The notes: a model not told the origin generated them from the letters alone. DNA of 64,000 nt from Candidatus Micrarchaeia archaeon (GCA_041659465.1 JBAZYD010000008.1:7484-71483), one strand, 5' to 3'. Positions 31,972 through 41,607 are shown, numbered from the stretch's first letter. A program made the numbers and translations.

Positions 31972-33996
31972 CTATATTGCCCCAACCTGCTTGCCGGCAA
32001 TGATTGCCGCAACAAGCAAGGAGACGATGTTGAGTATCTTTATCATGGGGTTGAGCGCGGGGCCGGACGTGTCCTTGAATGGGTCGCCGACAGTGTCGCC
32101 CACCACCGCTGCCTTGTGCGCGTCTGAGCCCTTGCCGCCAAAGTGCCCTTCTTCTATGTACTTCTTGGCATTGTCCCATGCCCCTCCTGCGTTGGACATG
32201 AACACTGCCATGAGCTGGCTCACAAGGATTGCGCCTGCAAGGAAGCCGCCCAGCGCCTCAAGCCCGAGCGTGAAGCCAAGCACTATGGGCGTGAGCACCA
32301 CAAGCGCAGCGGGCAGGTAAAGCGAGTCTATCGCGGCCTTGGTGGAGATGTCCACGCATGCCGCGTAGTCAGGGTCCTTGGTGCCTTTCATGATGGCGGG
32401 GTCGCGGAATTGCCTGCGCACCTCCTCCACCACAAGGTTTGCCGCCCTGCCCACAGCCTTCATAGTGAGGGAGGAGAAGATGAATGGCAGCGCGCCTCCG
32501 ATAAGAAGCCCGACGAAAACGTTGGGGAGGGCGATGTTTATCGAGGAAAGCCCGGTGGTCTCAAAGTAGGTGGAGAACAGCGCCACCGCCGCGATTGCCG
32601 CGGAAGAGATGGCAAACCCCTTGGTCACTGCCTTGGTGGTGTTGCCCACTGCGTCCAGCACGTCCATCCTCTTCCTGCCTTTTGCCTCAAGCCCGGACAT
32701 TTCACCAATGCCGTTTGCATTGTCAGAAATCGGGCCAAAGGTGTCCATTGCCATAATCATTGCGGTTGTGGAGAGCATTCCCAAGCCCACAAGCGCGATG
32801 CCGAAATAGCCAAGCCCGAAACCGTAGTAGCCAACCGCAATGGATGCCGCCACCACAAGGACGCCGACCACTGCGGATTCCATGCCAACACCCAACCCTG
32901 CGATGAGGTTGGTGCCCGCGCCGGATTTTGCCGCCGTGGCAATCTCCTGCACGGGCTTGTGCTTGGTGGATGTGTAGTAGTCCGTGAAGCTCATGATGAC
33001 GTGCGTGGCAAACAGGCCTGTAAGGAGCGCAAAGAATGCCGCGCTTGTGTTGAGGACAAAAACGGACAGCGCCGCGAATGCTATCGCTTGGAGCACGGTG
33101 GAATACAGGAAGCCGCGCCTCATTGCCTCGAACGGGTATTCGCTTTCGTTCTTCACGCGCACGAACACGCTGCATGCGAGCGCAATCAGCATGCCAATGC
33201 CTGCCACCAGGAGCGGGAACATTGCGCCTGAAATTCCATATGACACCATCCCAAGCACCATGGTGGAGATGATTGTTACTGTGTATGACTCGAACACGTC
33301 CGCGCCCATGCCTGCGCAGTCGCCCACATTGTCGCCCACATTGTCCGCGATGGTGGCGGGGTTGCGGGGGTCGTCCTCAGGTATTCCCTTCTCCACCTTG
33401 CCGACCAGGTCTGCGCCGACATCCGCCGCCTTGGTGAAAATGCCTCCGCCCACCCTCATAAAAAGCGCGAGGAGGTTTGCGCCGAAGCCAAAGCCTATGA
33501 GCGCCTGGCCTGCTGATGCGAGAGCGGCGCTGTTTGCGCCAAGCGAAAGGTAAACGCCTATGAATACGACTGCGACGCCCAATAGTCCGACTCCCGAGAC
33601 AAGAGAGCCAGACACCACGCCTGCGGAGAAGGGGACGGAAAGCGCATCCTGCATCGAAGAGAGCGATGCCTGCGCTGCGCGCGCGTTGGAGCGCACGGCA
33701 AGGTACATGCCGAAGTAGCCCACAAGGCCGGAGCATACCGCGCCGACCACGAACGCCATGGCGACGAGTGGGCCCAGCGCAAGGTAGACTATGATGGTAA
33801 GAGCGACTGCAAACAATGCAATTGTCCGAAACTGGCGCTTGAGGTAGGCATCCGCGCCCTCGCGGATGGCGCCGGAAATCTTCCTCATCTTTTCCGTGCC
33901 CTCGCTTTTCCTGAAAATCGAGAGCGCGACAAAAACGCCATACACTATTCCGACTACCGCAAGCACCACCGGAAGATAAAGCACGATGTCCGGCAT
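31972..33996 (-). CDS. hppA: membrane-bound ion-translocating pyrophosphatase
   Basis: DNVGDNVGDCAGMGADVFESY, about 15 TM helices and GDTVGDPFKDTSGP. The track start at 34014 is TTG; ATG lies at 33996. Confidence 0.92.
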   Translation of the reverse strand: MPDIVLYLPVVLAVVGIVYGVFVALSIFRKSEGTEKMRKISGAIREGADAYLKRQFRTIALFAVALTIIVYLALGPLVAMAFVVGAVCSGLVGYFGMYLAVRSNARAAQASLSSMQDALSVPFSAGVVSGSLVSGVGLLGVAVVFIGVYLSLGANSAALASAGQALIGFGFGANLLALFMRVGGGIFTKAADVGADLVGKVEKGIPEDDPRNPATIADNVGDNVGDCAGMGADVFESYTVTIISTMVLGMVSYGISGAMFPLLVAGIGMLIALACSVFVRVKNESEYPFEAMRRGFLYSTVLQAIAFAALSVFVLNTSAAFFALLTGLFATHVIMSFTDYYTSTKHKPVQEIATAAKSGAGTNLIAGLGVGMESAVVGVLVVAASIAVGYYGFGLGYFGIALVGLGMLSTTAMIMAMDTFGPISDNANGIGEMSGLEAKGRKRMDVLDAVGNTTKAVTKGFAISSAAIAAVALFSTYFETTGLSSINIALPNVFVGLLIGGALPFIFSSLTMKAVGRAANLVVEEVRRQFRDPAIMKGTKDPDYAACVDISTKAAIDSLYLPAALVVLTPIVLGFTLGLEALGGFLAGAILVSQLMAVFMSNAGGAWDNAKKYIEEGHFGGKGSDAHKAAVVGDTVGDPFKDTSGPALNPMIKILNIVSLLVAAIIAGKQVGAI

Positions 33997-34059
33997 TGTT
34001 CCTGACGCTACCAAATTATCACCTCGGATTTTTTCAGAAATTCAAACGGAATGGGGCGG

Positions 34060-34458
34060 CTAGACGTAATCCAGCTTTGATTTCCCCTTGACGGCAATCA
34101 CCGGCACTCCCAATGCCAGCAGCCGCCTGCGCAGCCCAACGTCGTTGGTGGCAACGCAGGAATGGTTTTTCTGCGCGTATTTAAAAATCCAGTCGTCGGC
34201 GCGGGAAGGGAATCCCTGCTCGGAGACCACCTCAACCGGGAAAAGCGCCTTTATTTTCGGGAGGTTCTGCAGGGCAAAGCGCGCCGCGCGCGCCTTGTTG
34301 CCCGTCTTTCCGGCGATTGTTCCAAGCTCTGCCATCACGGCGGATGGGATGACGAGCGTGAACGGCTCGGCTGCAATGCGCAATAACTCGCCTGGCAGGT
34401 CGAATGCATACTCGAATTGTGACAGGAGCATGTTTGTGTCTATGAGGATTTTCTGCAT
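34060..34458 (-). CDS. PIN-domain protein (Fcf1/Utp24-like)
   Basis: 132 aa from the ATG at 34458, with ILIDTNMLL and CVATNDVGLRRRL. The 149-codon upstream extension in the track is Arg/His-rich and non-protein-like. Confidence 0.75.
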   Translation of the reverse strand: MQKILIDTNMLLSQFEYAFDLPGELLRIAAEPFTLVIPSAVMAELGTIAGKTGNKARAARFALQNLPKIKALFPVEVVSEQGFPSRADDWIFKYAQKNHSCVATNDVGLRRRLLALGVPVIAVKGKSKLDYV

Positions 34459-34479
34459 GCGGCATTTTTGGCTGCAAGG

Positions 34480-34487
34480 TTTTAAAG
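34480..34487. promoter_or_regulatory. shared central TATA box (ttttaaag) of a divergent pair
   Basis: It lies 22 nt from the ATG at 34458 (minus) and 23 nt from the ATG at 34510 (plus). Confidence 0.6.
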
Positions 34488-34509
34488 CGAGACGATGGAG
34501 AAGAAGCGC

Positions 34510-35040
34510 ATGGCAGAGATTTGCATCCTGAGGCTCGGGCACCGCCAGATGCGCGACCAGCGGATTACCACCCATGTTTTCCTTGTGGCGCGCGCGCTGG
34601 GCGCCACCGAAGGCGTGCTTTCCGGCGACCTGGACGAGTCGGTGGTGAAGGGGATTGCGCGCGTTTCGGAAATTTGGGGCGGGGAATTCAAGGTGAGGTA
34701 CGAGCAGAACTGGAAAAGATTCCTCGCGGAGCGCAAGCGCGCAGGCTGGAAGGTGGCGCACCTCACAATGTACGGGGAGGATTTCCGCGCGGCCGCAAAA
34801 AAGCTTTCCGCAAAAAAATGCATAGTCATTGTGGGCGCGGGGAAAGTCCCACGCGAGGCATACGAGCTTGCGGACTTCAACATTTCGGTCACGACGCAGC
34901 CGCATTCGGAAGTGGGCGCGCTTGCGCTTTTCCTGGACAGGTATTTCTCGGGGAAGGAATTGGGGAAAAAATTTTCAGGCAGGCTCACAATTGTGCCAAA
35001 TGCGTGTGGCAAGGTAGTGCTTCATGGTGAAAGCGACTGA
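34510..35040 (+). CDS. tRNA (cytidine56-2'-O)-methyltransferase aTrm56 (SPOUT)
   Basis: MAEICILRLGHRQMRDQRITTHVFLVARALGA matches my recollection of the aTrm56 N-terminus. Start at 34510 from promoter geometry; the track start is 34495. Confidence 0.8.
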   Translation: MAEICILRLGHRQMRDQRITTHVFLVARALGATEGVLSGDLDESVVKGIARVSEIWGGEFKVRYEQNWKRFLAERKRAGWKVAHLTMYGEDFRAAAKKLSAKKCIVIVGAGKVPREAYELADFNISVTTQPHSEVGALALFLDRYFSGKELGKKFSGRLTIVPNACGKVVLHGESD

Positions 35041-35083
35041 AGGGATATATAAAGAGTGGGTCAGAAAAACTGTGTGACTTTGG

Positions 35084-35827
35084 ATGGCTAATCCGAAAAA
35101 TAAATTCAAGGCAGGGAGGGGAAAATCCCGCGGGAATTTTTCCGCGCCGGAATCCAAAAATTCCAGCCTAAAAAAAGCCAGTTCTGCTTCTTATCGCGCC
35201 ACAAAAAAACAGCCAGGGGAAAAAATTGCAAAGCCCCAAGGCGCAGAAAGTGCCCAGGCGGCGCGGCCTTTCGGGAGGAGGGCTCCGTTCTCCAAGGCAA
35301 AAAAAACCTACCCGGCCAGGAAAACCGCGAACGCGGACATCATAGTGAAGCGGAGCACGTATTCCAAGGCTGCAAGGGCCGCAGTGCTTGCGGATGCGGC
35401 CGCGCGCCAGCGGCTCATTGAGATTGGTGGGGAGAACACCATAAACATAATACGAGAGTTCGACATGGACATGAGCGATGACGAGCTTGCGAAAAAAACG
35501 GGTATAAAGCCGAGCGAGGTCCGTGTGGTCCTGAACAGGCTGCACAACCGCGGCGTCTTCGCATACACGCGCGTGCGGGACCGCGACAGCGGCTGGTACT
35601 CGTACATTTGGAAAATGGACGAGGGGCGCCTGAAGGATGTCGGCGGCGCGGTGGTTGCCGAGGAGGCCACGCAGGCGGCAGGGAAGGAAGGTTATAGGTG
35701 CGCATGCTGCAGCCAGCAGAAAATAATGGACTTCTCGGATGCTGTGGACGCGCGCTTCAGGTGCGGCAGCTGTGGAAGCTGCCTTGAATTTTTCGATTCC
35801 AAGCGAAGCAGGCTTGGGAATTTATAG
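35084..35827 (+). CDS. tfe: transcription factor E (TFE alpha) with long basic N-terminal extension
   Basis: Winged helix (IIREFDMDMSDDELAKKTGIKPSEVRVVLNRLHNRGVFAY...WYSYIW) and a zinc ribbon (CACC...CGSCGSC). The first ~100 aa are Lys/Arg/Ala/Ser-rich. Confidence 0.8.
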   Translation: MANPKNKFKAGRGKSRGNFSAPESKNSSLKKASSASYRATKKQPGEKIAKPQGAESAQAARPFGRRAPFSKAKKTYPARKTANADIIVKRSTYSKAARAAVLADAAARQRLIEIGGENTINIIREFDMDMSDDELAKKTGIKPSEVRVVLNRLHNRGVFAYTRVRDRDSGWYSYIWKMDEGRLKDVGGAVVAEEATQAAGKEGYRCACCSQQKIMDFSDAVDARFRCGSCGSCLEFFDSKRSRLGNL

Positions 35828-35956
35828 GCGCTGCCCGCCAATTTCCTAAAGCATGTTTGCCTCTTTTTGCGGAATGGATGGGGAATATTTTCCGCCAAGG
35901 CAAAAAAGTGTGCAATTGCCAAGCTTTTTAATTACCTCATCTCTAATACGCCTTGT

Positions 35957-36031
35957 AGCGGGATAGGGTAGTTTGGAGTGCCCGCTGGGCTCATAACCCA
36001 GAGATCAGTGGTTCAAATCCACTTCCCGCTA
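35957..36031 (+). tRNA. initiator tRNA-Met (CAU)
   Basis: 75 nt with A1:U72 (AGCGGGA/TCCCGCT+A) and anticodon arm CTGGG-CTCATAA-CCCAG carrying three G:C pairs, both archaeal initiator hallmarks. T arm AGTGG-TTCAAAT-CCACT. Confidence 0.9.
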
Positions 36032-36338
36032 TTCTCCTTTTCGCTTTTTTTTGCGTTGGTTTTTCCTTTTTCATTTCCCAAAAAGCCAGGCCCCCACCCG
36101 CCCTGGGACCCCCATACTTCCTATAATAATAAAAGATATATTTGATTGTATATATATGTAACTATGGTTACAATAAACAACTATAAACATCACAAACAAC
36201 AAAAATCATCGAATACAAACGCAAAACACCCACCCTTTATTACCGGAACTCCAGGGGTGGGTGGCTAGAGGCAAAACGGGCAAAAAGGCGCGTGCTGGGG
36301 AATGAAAAACAAAAAGAGGGCCTGGAAAACAAGAACAG

Positions 36339-36623
36339 CTATTCGTCCACACCTGCAGCGGAGGCGGCGCCCTTTGTCACGACCACCACATCCTCAACAG
36401 ACTTGACCGACTTGTAAAGCACGGACTTGTCGCGCAATATCCTCTTGGCCTCCTCCTTTGAAACAGAATTGAGGGGCTCCATTGTCAGGCGGATGATTTC
36501 CCCCTTCTCAAGGTCAAGGAGAATCTCCTGGACGCGGCCCAGGAACTTGCCGCCGTCTGTGTAGATGTCCATCCCATATATCTTCGAAACTTTTGTCGTC
36601 ATAAGTATCACCTTAATCTGCAT
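36339..36623 (-). CDS. PRC-barrel domain protein
   Basis: 94 aa, SKIYGMDIYTDGGKFLGRVQEILLDLEKGEI. TATA aatttaaaaat (36648-36658) lies upstream. Confidence 0.7.
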   Translation of the reverse strand: MQIKVILMTTKVSKIYGMDIYTDGGKFLGRVQEILLDLEKGEIIRLTMEPLNSVSKEEAKRILRDKSVLYKSVKSVEDVVVVTKGAASAAGVDE

Positions 36624-36683
36624 GCCTGTCGTTTCTTCTCGGTTCCAATTTAAAAATCTTCCTTACACGCTCCCGTTCCAGCG

Positions 36684-37688
36684 CTACCTTTCCCGCTTTG
36701 TGATGTACGCAGCGAGCCTGGCAAGAAGGCCACTGGCCCTGTTGCGCGGCAGGCACTCAAGCTCGGACAGGGACGACTCCACCACGCCTGCCGCGTACCT
36801 CATCGCCTTTTCCGGCGCCCCCGACTCCTTTAGGAGCGACAGCGCCTCTGCAACGTCTTCCTTGCCCTTGTTTTTCTTCCGAAGAAGCGCCCCCAACTGC
36901 GCGCGCTTCGCGCCGGGAAGCATCCTAAGCGCCCACATTGTGATGAGGGTGCGCTTCCCCTCCCTTATATCCCCGCCAATCTCTTTCTTGTATTTTTTTT
37001 CATCACCAATGATATTCAGCACATCATCGATTATTTGGAAGCTCACGCCAATGCCCATGCCGAACCGCGCCATCGCCCTGCACGTCTTTTCATCCGCGCC
37101 GCCAAGGAGCGCCCCCACTCCGCACGAAACCCCGATGAGCGCGCCGGTCTTGCCGCCGACCATCCTCAGGTATTCGCTTTCCGAGATGTCCCATGCATTG
37201 TCATTGTGCCAGCCAAGCTCGAGCGCCTGCCCCTCCAGCACTTCCGTGAAGGCAAAGAGCAGCTGCTGCTGCGCCTTTTCCCGCCTTTGGCTCTGTATGG
37301 ACAGCGTCTCGCGCCACACCATCATGAACAGCCCGTCGCCGGCATTGAGCGCAAGGGGCACGCCGTATTTAACATGCATGCACGGCTTGCCGCGCCGCAT
37401 CTCCGAGGCGTCCTCAATGTCGTCATGTATCAATGTGAAGTTGTGGAACATCTCGATTGCGGTCGCGGCCTTCAGGGCGTCTTCCTTCCTGCCCCCCACT
37501 GCCTCGCAGGAAAGCATGCAAAGGGCCGGGCGTATCCCCTTCCCCTCAACCAGCAGGAATTCCGAAAGAAGGCCGTAAACCGCGGCAGGCTCCTGCTTCT
37601 CGCTGAATATCTCCTTGAGCCTTGCGTGCACCGGCGCATTCAGGCGCGCAAGCTCGCCTTCAAGACCAACAATGTCGGTTTCTGCCAT
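36684..37688 (-). CDS. polyprenyl (geranylgeranyl) diphosphate synthase
   Basis: FARM LIHDDIED and SARM FQIIDDVLN motifs. Confidence 0.9.
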   Translation of the reverse strand: MAETDIVGLEGELARLNAPVHARLKEIFSEKQEPAAVYGLLSEFLLVEGKGIRPALCMLSCEAVGGRKEDALKAATAIEMFHNFTLIHDDIEDASEMRRGKPCMHVKYGVPLALNAGDGLFMMVWRETLSIQSQRREKAQQQLLFAFTEVLEGQALELGWHNDNAWDISESEYLRMVGGKTGALIGVSCGVGALLGGADEKTCRAMARFGMGIGVSFQIIDDVLNIIGDEKKYKKEIGGDIREGKRTLITMWALRMLPGAKRAQLGALLRKKNKGKEDVAEALSLLKESGAPEKAMRYAAGVVESSLSELECLPRNRASGLLARLAAYITKRER

Positions 37689-37752
37689 CGAATCAACAGC
37701 CGAGGATGGGCAAAGAACTTTTATATCCTTCCATCCTTAATGCCTCGATTGG

Positions 37753-37849
37753 GGGCCCATAGCTCAGCTTGGTAGAGCAGTGGACTCTTATGCTCGCATG
37801 CGCGCGCAGAGCCATCCACGTGTCGTGGGTTCGAATCCCACTGGGCCCG
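37753..37849 (+). tRNA. tRNA-Lys(CUU) with 23-nt canonical (37/38) intron
   Basis: Acceptor GGGCCCA/TGGGCCC+G, D arm GCTC-AGCTTGGTA-GAGC, anticodon stem GTGGA/TCCAC and loop CTCTTA|intron 37791-37813|A. T arm GTGGG-TTCGAAT-CCCAC. The mature tRNA is 74 nt. Confidence 0.85.
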
Positions 37850-37869
37850 CTCCCGTCCTTCTTTTCAGT

Positions 37870-39384
37870 TCAGTTGATGACTGTCTTGTTGATCGTGTCG
37901 TTTGCCGTGGAATTGCCGGGTATGAGGCTTTTCAGGTATTCCTGGAACGCCTGGTCCTCCACGCCATTTATGCACGAGTAGTAAGTCTCGTTTTTTGCAA
38001 ACCCGCAATAGCCTTCCAGGCAGCCGCACGGCACCCCGCTGAGGCACGAATATGCCGGATGGGTGCTGTTGGCAAAGGAGGCAGTCGAATTCCTCGGGGC
38101 GCAGTACTGGTTCGCGTTCCCGAACGTCTTGCAGTCCTTGTCCTCAACACAGTTCCGCGCCGCATATGCCTTTGCAGCAAGCGCGGACGCAGCCTCCACT
38201 TTCTTCTGCCCTGCAGTCGCGGCGGCTATGCAGTTTGATGAAAGGCTTGCGTTCTTCACGCTCTTGCAGAGCCCGAAGTCGCCATTCTCGCCCGCGACCG
38301 CAATATAGCAGTCGTCCGCGAGCATGGGGAGTGTGCCACAAATCGTGCTGTTGAGCGTTCCCTGGGCCACGATGATGCTGCAGCTCTCGAATTCATTGGG
38401 CGTCTTGATGAGCTTGCAGGTTTCCCAGTCTCCCCTGTCCGCGGCGATGCTCTTGAGGCAGGTGTCCTGCTCCGCCCCGCTCTTTGCAAAGCATGCGGCC
38501 CTGTCGGCGTAATCTTTCGTCGACTTTGAATAGAAGTCGATGAATGCCAGTGCAGTGGCCATCCTTGCCTGCTTCTCTGGGAATGGCCGGCTGGCCGGCG
38601 CCGCGCCGGAGTATTCCGTGTCGTAGAAGCCCGGCGTGCCGCGGTTGCTGTAGGACGCGTGGCTTTTCACCATGAGCCCGGTCTGCCTGTCTATCCAGAA
38701 AGTTACGCGCTGGTCGGTTATCGAAAGCAGGCTCTCGTCGTTCGGGGATTTCCCGAGCGAAATCATCTGCTGGACCGTGAGGTTGCTGTAGTCAAGTGTG
38801 TAGGATATCTTCTGCGTGTCGAAATTCCCGACTTTCTCCTCCACCATGCCCGAGTCGAGCCTGATGGCCCCTGTGGCGATATGCTTCCTGGTGTCGTCTT
38901 TCTGGCTGAGGTAGGCGCGCGGGTTTGGCCGCAATATCTTCAGCCCCGCCGCAATGTCTGCCATGTCGCTGTTGTTCCCGCCGACGGCGCATTCCGCCTC
39001 GCCGCCATACTCCAAGCAGATAGTGTCCGACAGGTTGTCCTTACCGAAAAAGCCGTACATCTTCCCGAACGAGCCGCGCACGCCGACGAAGCTGTCGCTC
39101 CCGTTCTTCACAAGGGTGTACTCGCTTTTGACCCCGTTGTCATTCACCGTATAGTTCAGGAAATAGTCTGAAAGCGCCGCCCCGCTGTCAAAGCTTGCAA
39201 GGAGGAGCCTCGCCTCCGGGGTGGCAAGCGGGAGGGCGGGGTTTGGCTGGGCTGGCGGCGCAGCGCCCCCGAAAAAGCCCCCATAGAAGCCTATCGCGGC
39301 AAGCGCAGCAACAATCACCACTGCGGCAAAAGCCAGAATCTTCGGGTCAGCCCCTTTTTTCGCGGTGTTCGCAGCATCTGCCAT
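37870..39384 (-). CDS. N-terminally anchored extracellular protein, Cys-rich C-terminus
   Basis: MADAANTAKKGADPKILAFAAVVIVAALAAIGF anchor, many N-x-S/T sequons and a Cys-rich C-terminal third. No enzymatic motif recognised. Confidence 0.55.
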   Translation of the reverse strand: MADAANTAKKGADPKILAFAAVVIVAALAAIGFYGGFFGGAAPPAQPNPALPLATPEARLLLASFDSGAALSDYFLNYTVNDNGVKSEYTLVKNGSDSFVGVRGSFGKMYGFFGKDNLSDTICLEYGGEAECAVGGNNSDMADIAAGLKILRPNPRAYLSQKDDTRKHIATGAIRLDSGMVEEKVGNFDTQKISYTLDYSNLTVQQMISLGKSPNDESLLSITDQRVTFWIDRQTGLMVKSHASYSNRGTPGFYDTEYSGAAPASRPFPEKQARMATALAFIDFYSKSTKDYADRAACFAKSGAEQDTCLKSIAADRGDWETCKLIKTPNEFESCSIIVAQGTLNSTICGTLPMLADDCYIAVAGENGDFGLCKSVKNASLSSNCIAAATAGQKKVEAASALAAKAYAARNCVEDKDCKTFGNANQYCAPRNSTASFANSTHPAYSCLSGVPCGCLEGYCGFAKNETYYSCINGVEDQAFQEYLKSLIPGNSTANDTINKTVIN

Positions 39385-39470
39385 ATTCCCACCTTCCTCT
39401 CCTTGTGGAAGCAATCAGGTTATAAGCGGTTCGTTTTTGTTCGCAGCCTTCCTCAGCCCCTGTCCGCCAG

Positions 39471-40625
39471 CTATCTTCCGGCAATTATTTTTATAATATC
39501 CCCGTTTTCAAGCGCGTGCTCAGCGCCCACGCGCAGGTGGCGCCTGCAGTCCACTGCGCCTATGAACTTGTGCGCCAGGTCTGTGTGCACCATCGCGGCA
39601 AGCTGCAGGGCGGTGGTGCCCTTTGGCACGAGATACGCGTCCGGCAGCACCTCTCCCTTGTTGTTCGAGTACTTATGCTCGTCCTCAACAGGGTAGACTA
39701 TGATGCAATTCAGGTGCCGGTAGACTATGTAGTCTATGATTTGCTGCACCCCGCTGCCGCTGTTTGCGGCAAGCACGCGCTTCATGGCAGACAGCGCCGA
39801 AGCCTGCTTCTCGTTCGGTGCCCCCTTGACTGAAAAATCCAGGTCCCCTGGCCTATACTCCACCATACCTGCATGCTCAGCTTTGCGCAGGGCAAGCTCC
39901 ACTGCCGCGCTGCACGGCATGGACGGCCTCCCGGATTCGCGCTTTACCCTCTCGTACCCGTCCCGCGCGCCCGCGATGTCCATCTTGTTGCATGCAACGA
40001 CGATAGGCATCCTCATCTCCACCAGCTTTCTTGCCAGCCGCTTCGCCCCTTCGGCATCCGGCAGGCCCGCAGCCACATCCAGCCCGCACTCAAGCGCAGC
40101 CCTGTGCAGCATTGCCTCTGTGATTTTCAGGCCGGTGAGCGAGCCTGCCAGCCCGGCTGCGCCCTTTCCCTTTGCCCCCCGCGCCATGATGTCGGAAAGC
40201 CACAGCGCTATCTCCTCTTGCAGGAACGCGACTTCCTCGGCGGGCGAGGCTGATTCGCAGGGGTTTCCCTGCAAGTCGGTTTTCCCCGTGGCATCCACCA
40301 CCTGGATGAGCACGTCTGCCTCGCGTATGCTGTCCAGGAACTTGTTGCCCAATCCCTTCCCGGCGTGCGCATCCGGCACCAGCCCCGGCACGTCTATCAT
40401 GCCGACCGGCACAAGGCGCACTCCGCCCGAGCACCTGCTGTTCTTCGGGTTGCACGAGGGCAAGCCCAGCTCAGCATGCGGGCATGGCGCGCGCACATAG
40501 GTGACGCCCCTGTTTGGCGTAATCGTGGTGAAAGGGTAATTCGCAATCTGGACATCCACCAGCGTGGCTGCCGCAAAGAATGTGCTTTTGCCCTTGTTGG
40601 GCGCCCCCACCACGCCGATAAGCAT
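39471..40625 (-). CDS. Obg/YchF-family GTPase with TGS domain
   Basis: GAPNKGKST, YPFTTITPN, DVPGLV, CNKMD and a C-terminal TGS-like segment (LENGDIIKII). ATG at 40625 fits TATA gtttaaaac (40648-40656). Confidence 0.85.
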   Translation of the reverse strand: MLIGVVGAPNKGKSTFFAAATLVDVQIANYPFTTITPNRGVTYVRAPCPHAELGLPSCNPKNSRCSGGVRLVPVGMIDVPGLVPDAHAGKGLGNKFLDSIREADVLIQVVDATGKTDLQGNPCESASPAEEVAFLQEEIALWLSDIMARGAKGKGAAGLAGSLTGLKITEAMLHRAALECGLDVAAGLPDAEGAKRLARKLVEMRMPIVVACNKMDIAGARDGYERVKRESGRPSMPCSAAVELALRKAEHAGMVEYRPGDLDFSVKGAPNEKQASALSAMKRVLAANSGSGVQQIIDYIVYRHLNCIIVYPVEDEHKYSNNKGEVLPDAYLVPKGTTALQLAAMVHTDLAHKFIGAVDCRRHLRVGAEHALENGDIIKIIAGR

Positions 40626-40719
40626 AAGCATATTTTATATGGCTGAAGTTTAAAACATAGCCTGATGAAGCATTATTTATAAACACAAGGATTCTCAAAA
40701 AACCACGCAAAGTGATGCG

Positions 40720-41607
40720 ATGAAACAGGCAATCCCATTGAAGAAATTCGCCGCCGCCCTGTTGATAGCCTCGGTAGTCGGTTGCTCGCCATACCATTAC
40801 GCCAACGTCAAGGCAAGGCAGTATGCAAAGCAGCACCCGAAAACCGGCGTTTCAGTGCACCGGCCGCAGCCCCGCAAGAAAGCAGCGCCGATTTTCCGCC
40901 TGAAGCCCATGATGCCCCTTGTTGAAACAGGCGCTGCCAGTGCCGTCCCGCAGACGCTAATGCCAATAAAAGCCGCGCCAGCGCCGCCTCAGGCGGCAAG
41001 GATGCCTGCAAGCCAAATCCTCTTGGAAATCTACTCCTCCGGGCTGCCCAAGGGAATGGTCTCGCCAGCCTCGCTTGCGGCGGCATACAGCTCCTACTCG
41101 AACGCGGTGATGAACGGCAGCATAAAGAAAGGCAAGTTCGTGGTGGTGGACTTCACAAAGGAAAGCAGCGCAAACCGGCTGGCTGTCGTGGATTTTGAGA
41201 CAGGCGCGTTCTTTGGCGCAATCAAGGTGATGCATGGGTCCGGCAGCGGGGACCTCAAGACGGTTCAGCGGGTCTCGAACATCCCCGGCTCCTATGCAAC
41301 CCCTGGCGGCCTCCTGCGCATCTGCGGCGTGAACGGCGGCTCCTGGGAAGGATGGCTGCTTGAGGGATTGGAGAAGGGGAACAGCAATAGCAGGGAAAGG
41401 GACATCCTTCTGCACATGCTGGACATCCCGCCTGCCAATAGCAGCAAAGGCCCGGATTATCCGACCTATGGCTGCCTGGGCGTCAATTTCGAGGATGCAA
41501 AACGCATAGGCCTGCCTGTGGCGCGCTCCGAGATGACGCGCAGCGTCCAGCAGGAGTGGGTTGGGCGCGGGATTTACGTCTACTTCCCTGGCGGGGCAAA
41601 AAAATGA
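40720..41607 (+). CDS. L,D-transpeptidase catalytic-domain-like lipoprotein (YkuD_2-like)
   Basis: LLIASVVGC lipobox. The pattern VMHGSGSGD...VSNIPGSYATPGG...LLEGLEKGNSNSRERDILLHM...TYGCLGV resembles the YkuD_2 family pattern (HG..SG, FSN..GS, LEGLEKG.N.N, GC). Confidence 0.7.
   Translation: MKQAIPLKKFAAALLIASVVGCSPYHYANVKARQYAKQHPKTGVSVHRPQPRKKAAPIFRLKPMMPLVETGAASAVPQTLMPIKAAPAPPQAARMPASQILLEIYSSGLPKGMVSPASLAAAYSSYSNAVMNGSIKKGKFVVVDFTKESSANRLAVVDFETGAFFGAIKVMHGSGSGDLKTVQRVSNIPGSYATPGGLLRICGVNGGSWEGWLLEGLEKGNSNSRERDILLHMLDIPPANSSKGPDYPTYGCLGVNFEDAKRIGLPVARSEMTRSVQQEWVGRGIYVYFPGGAKK

Noticed and set aside
34459-34905. Upstream 149 codons of the track ORF 34060-34905
   Set aside because: The extension is Arg/His/Pro-rich and antisense to aTrm56. 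The PIN domain starts at the ATG at 34458, which also fits the shared-TATA geometry.
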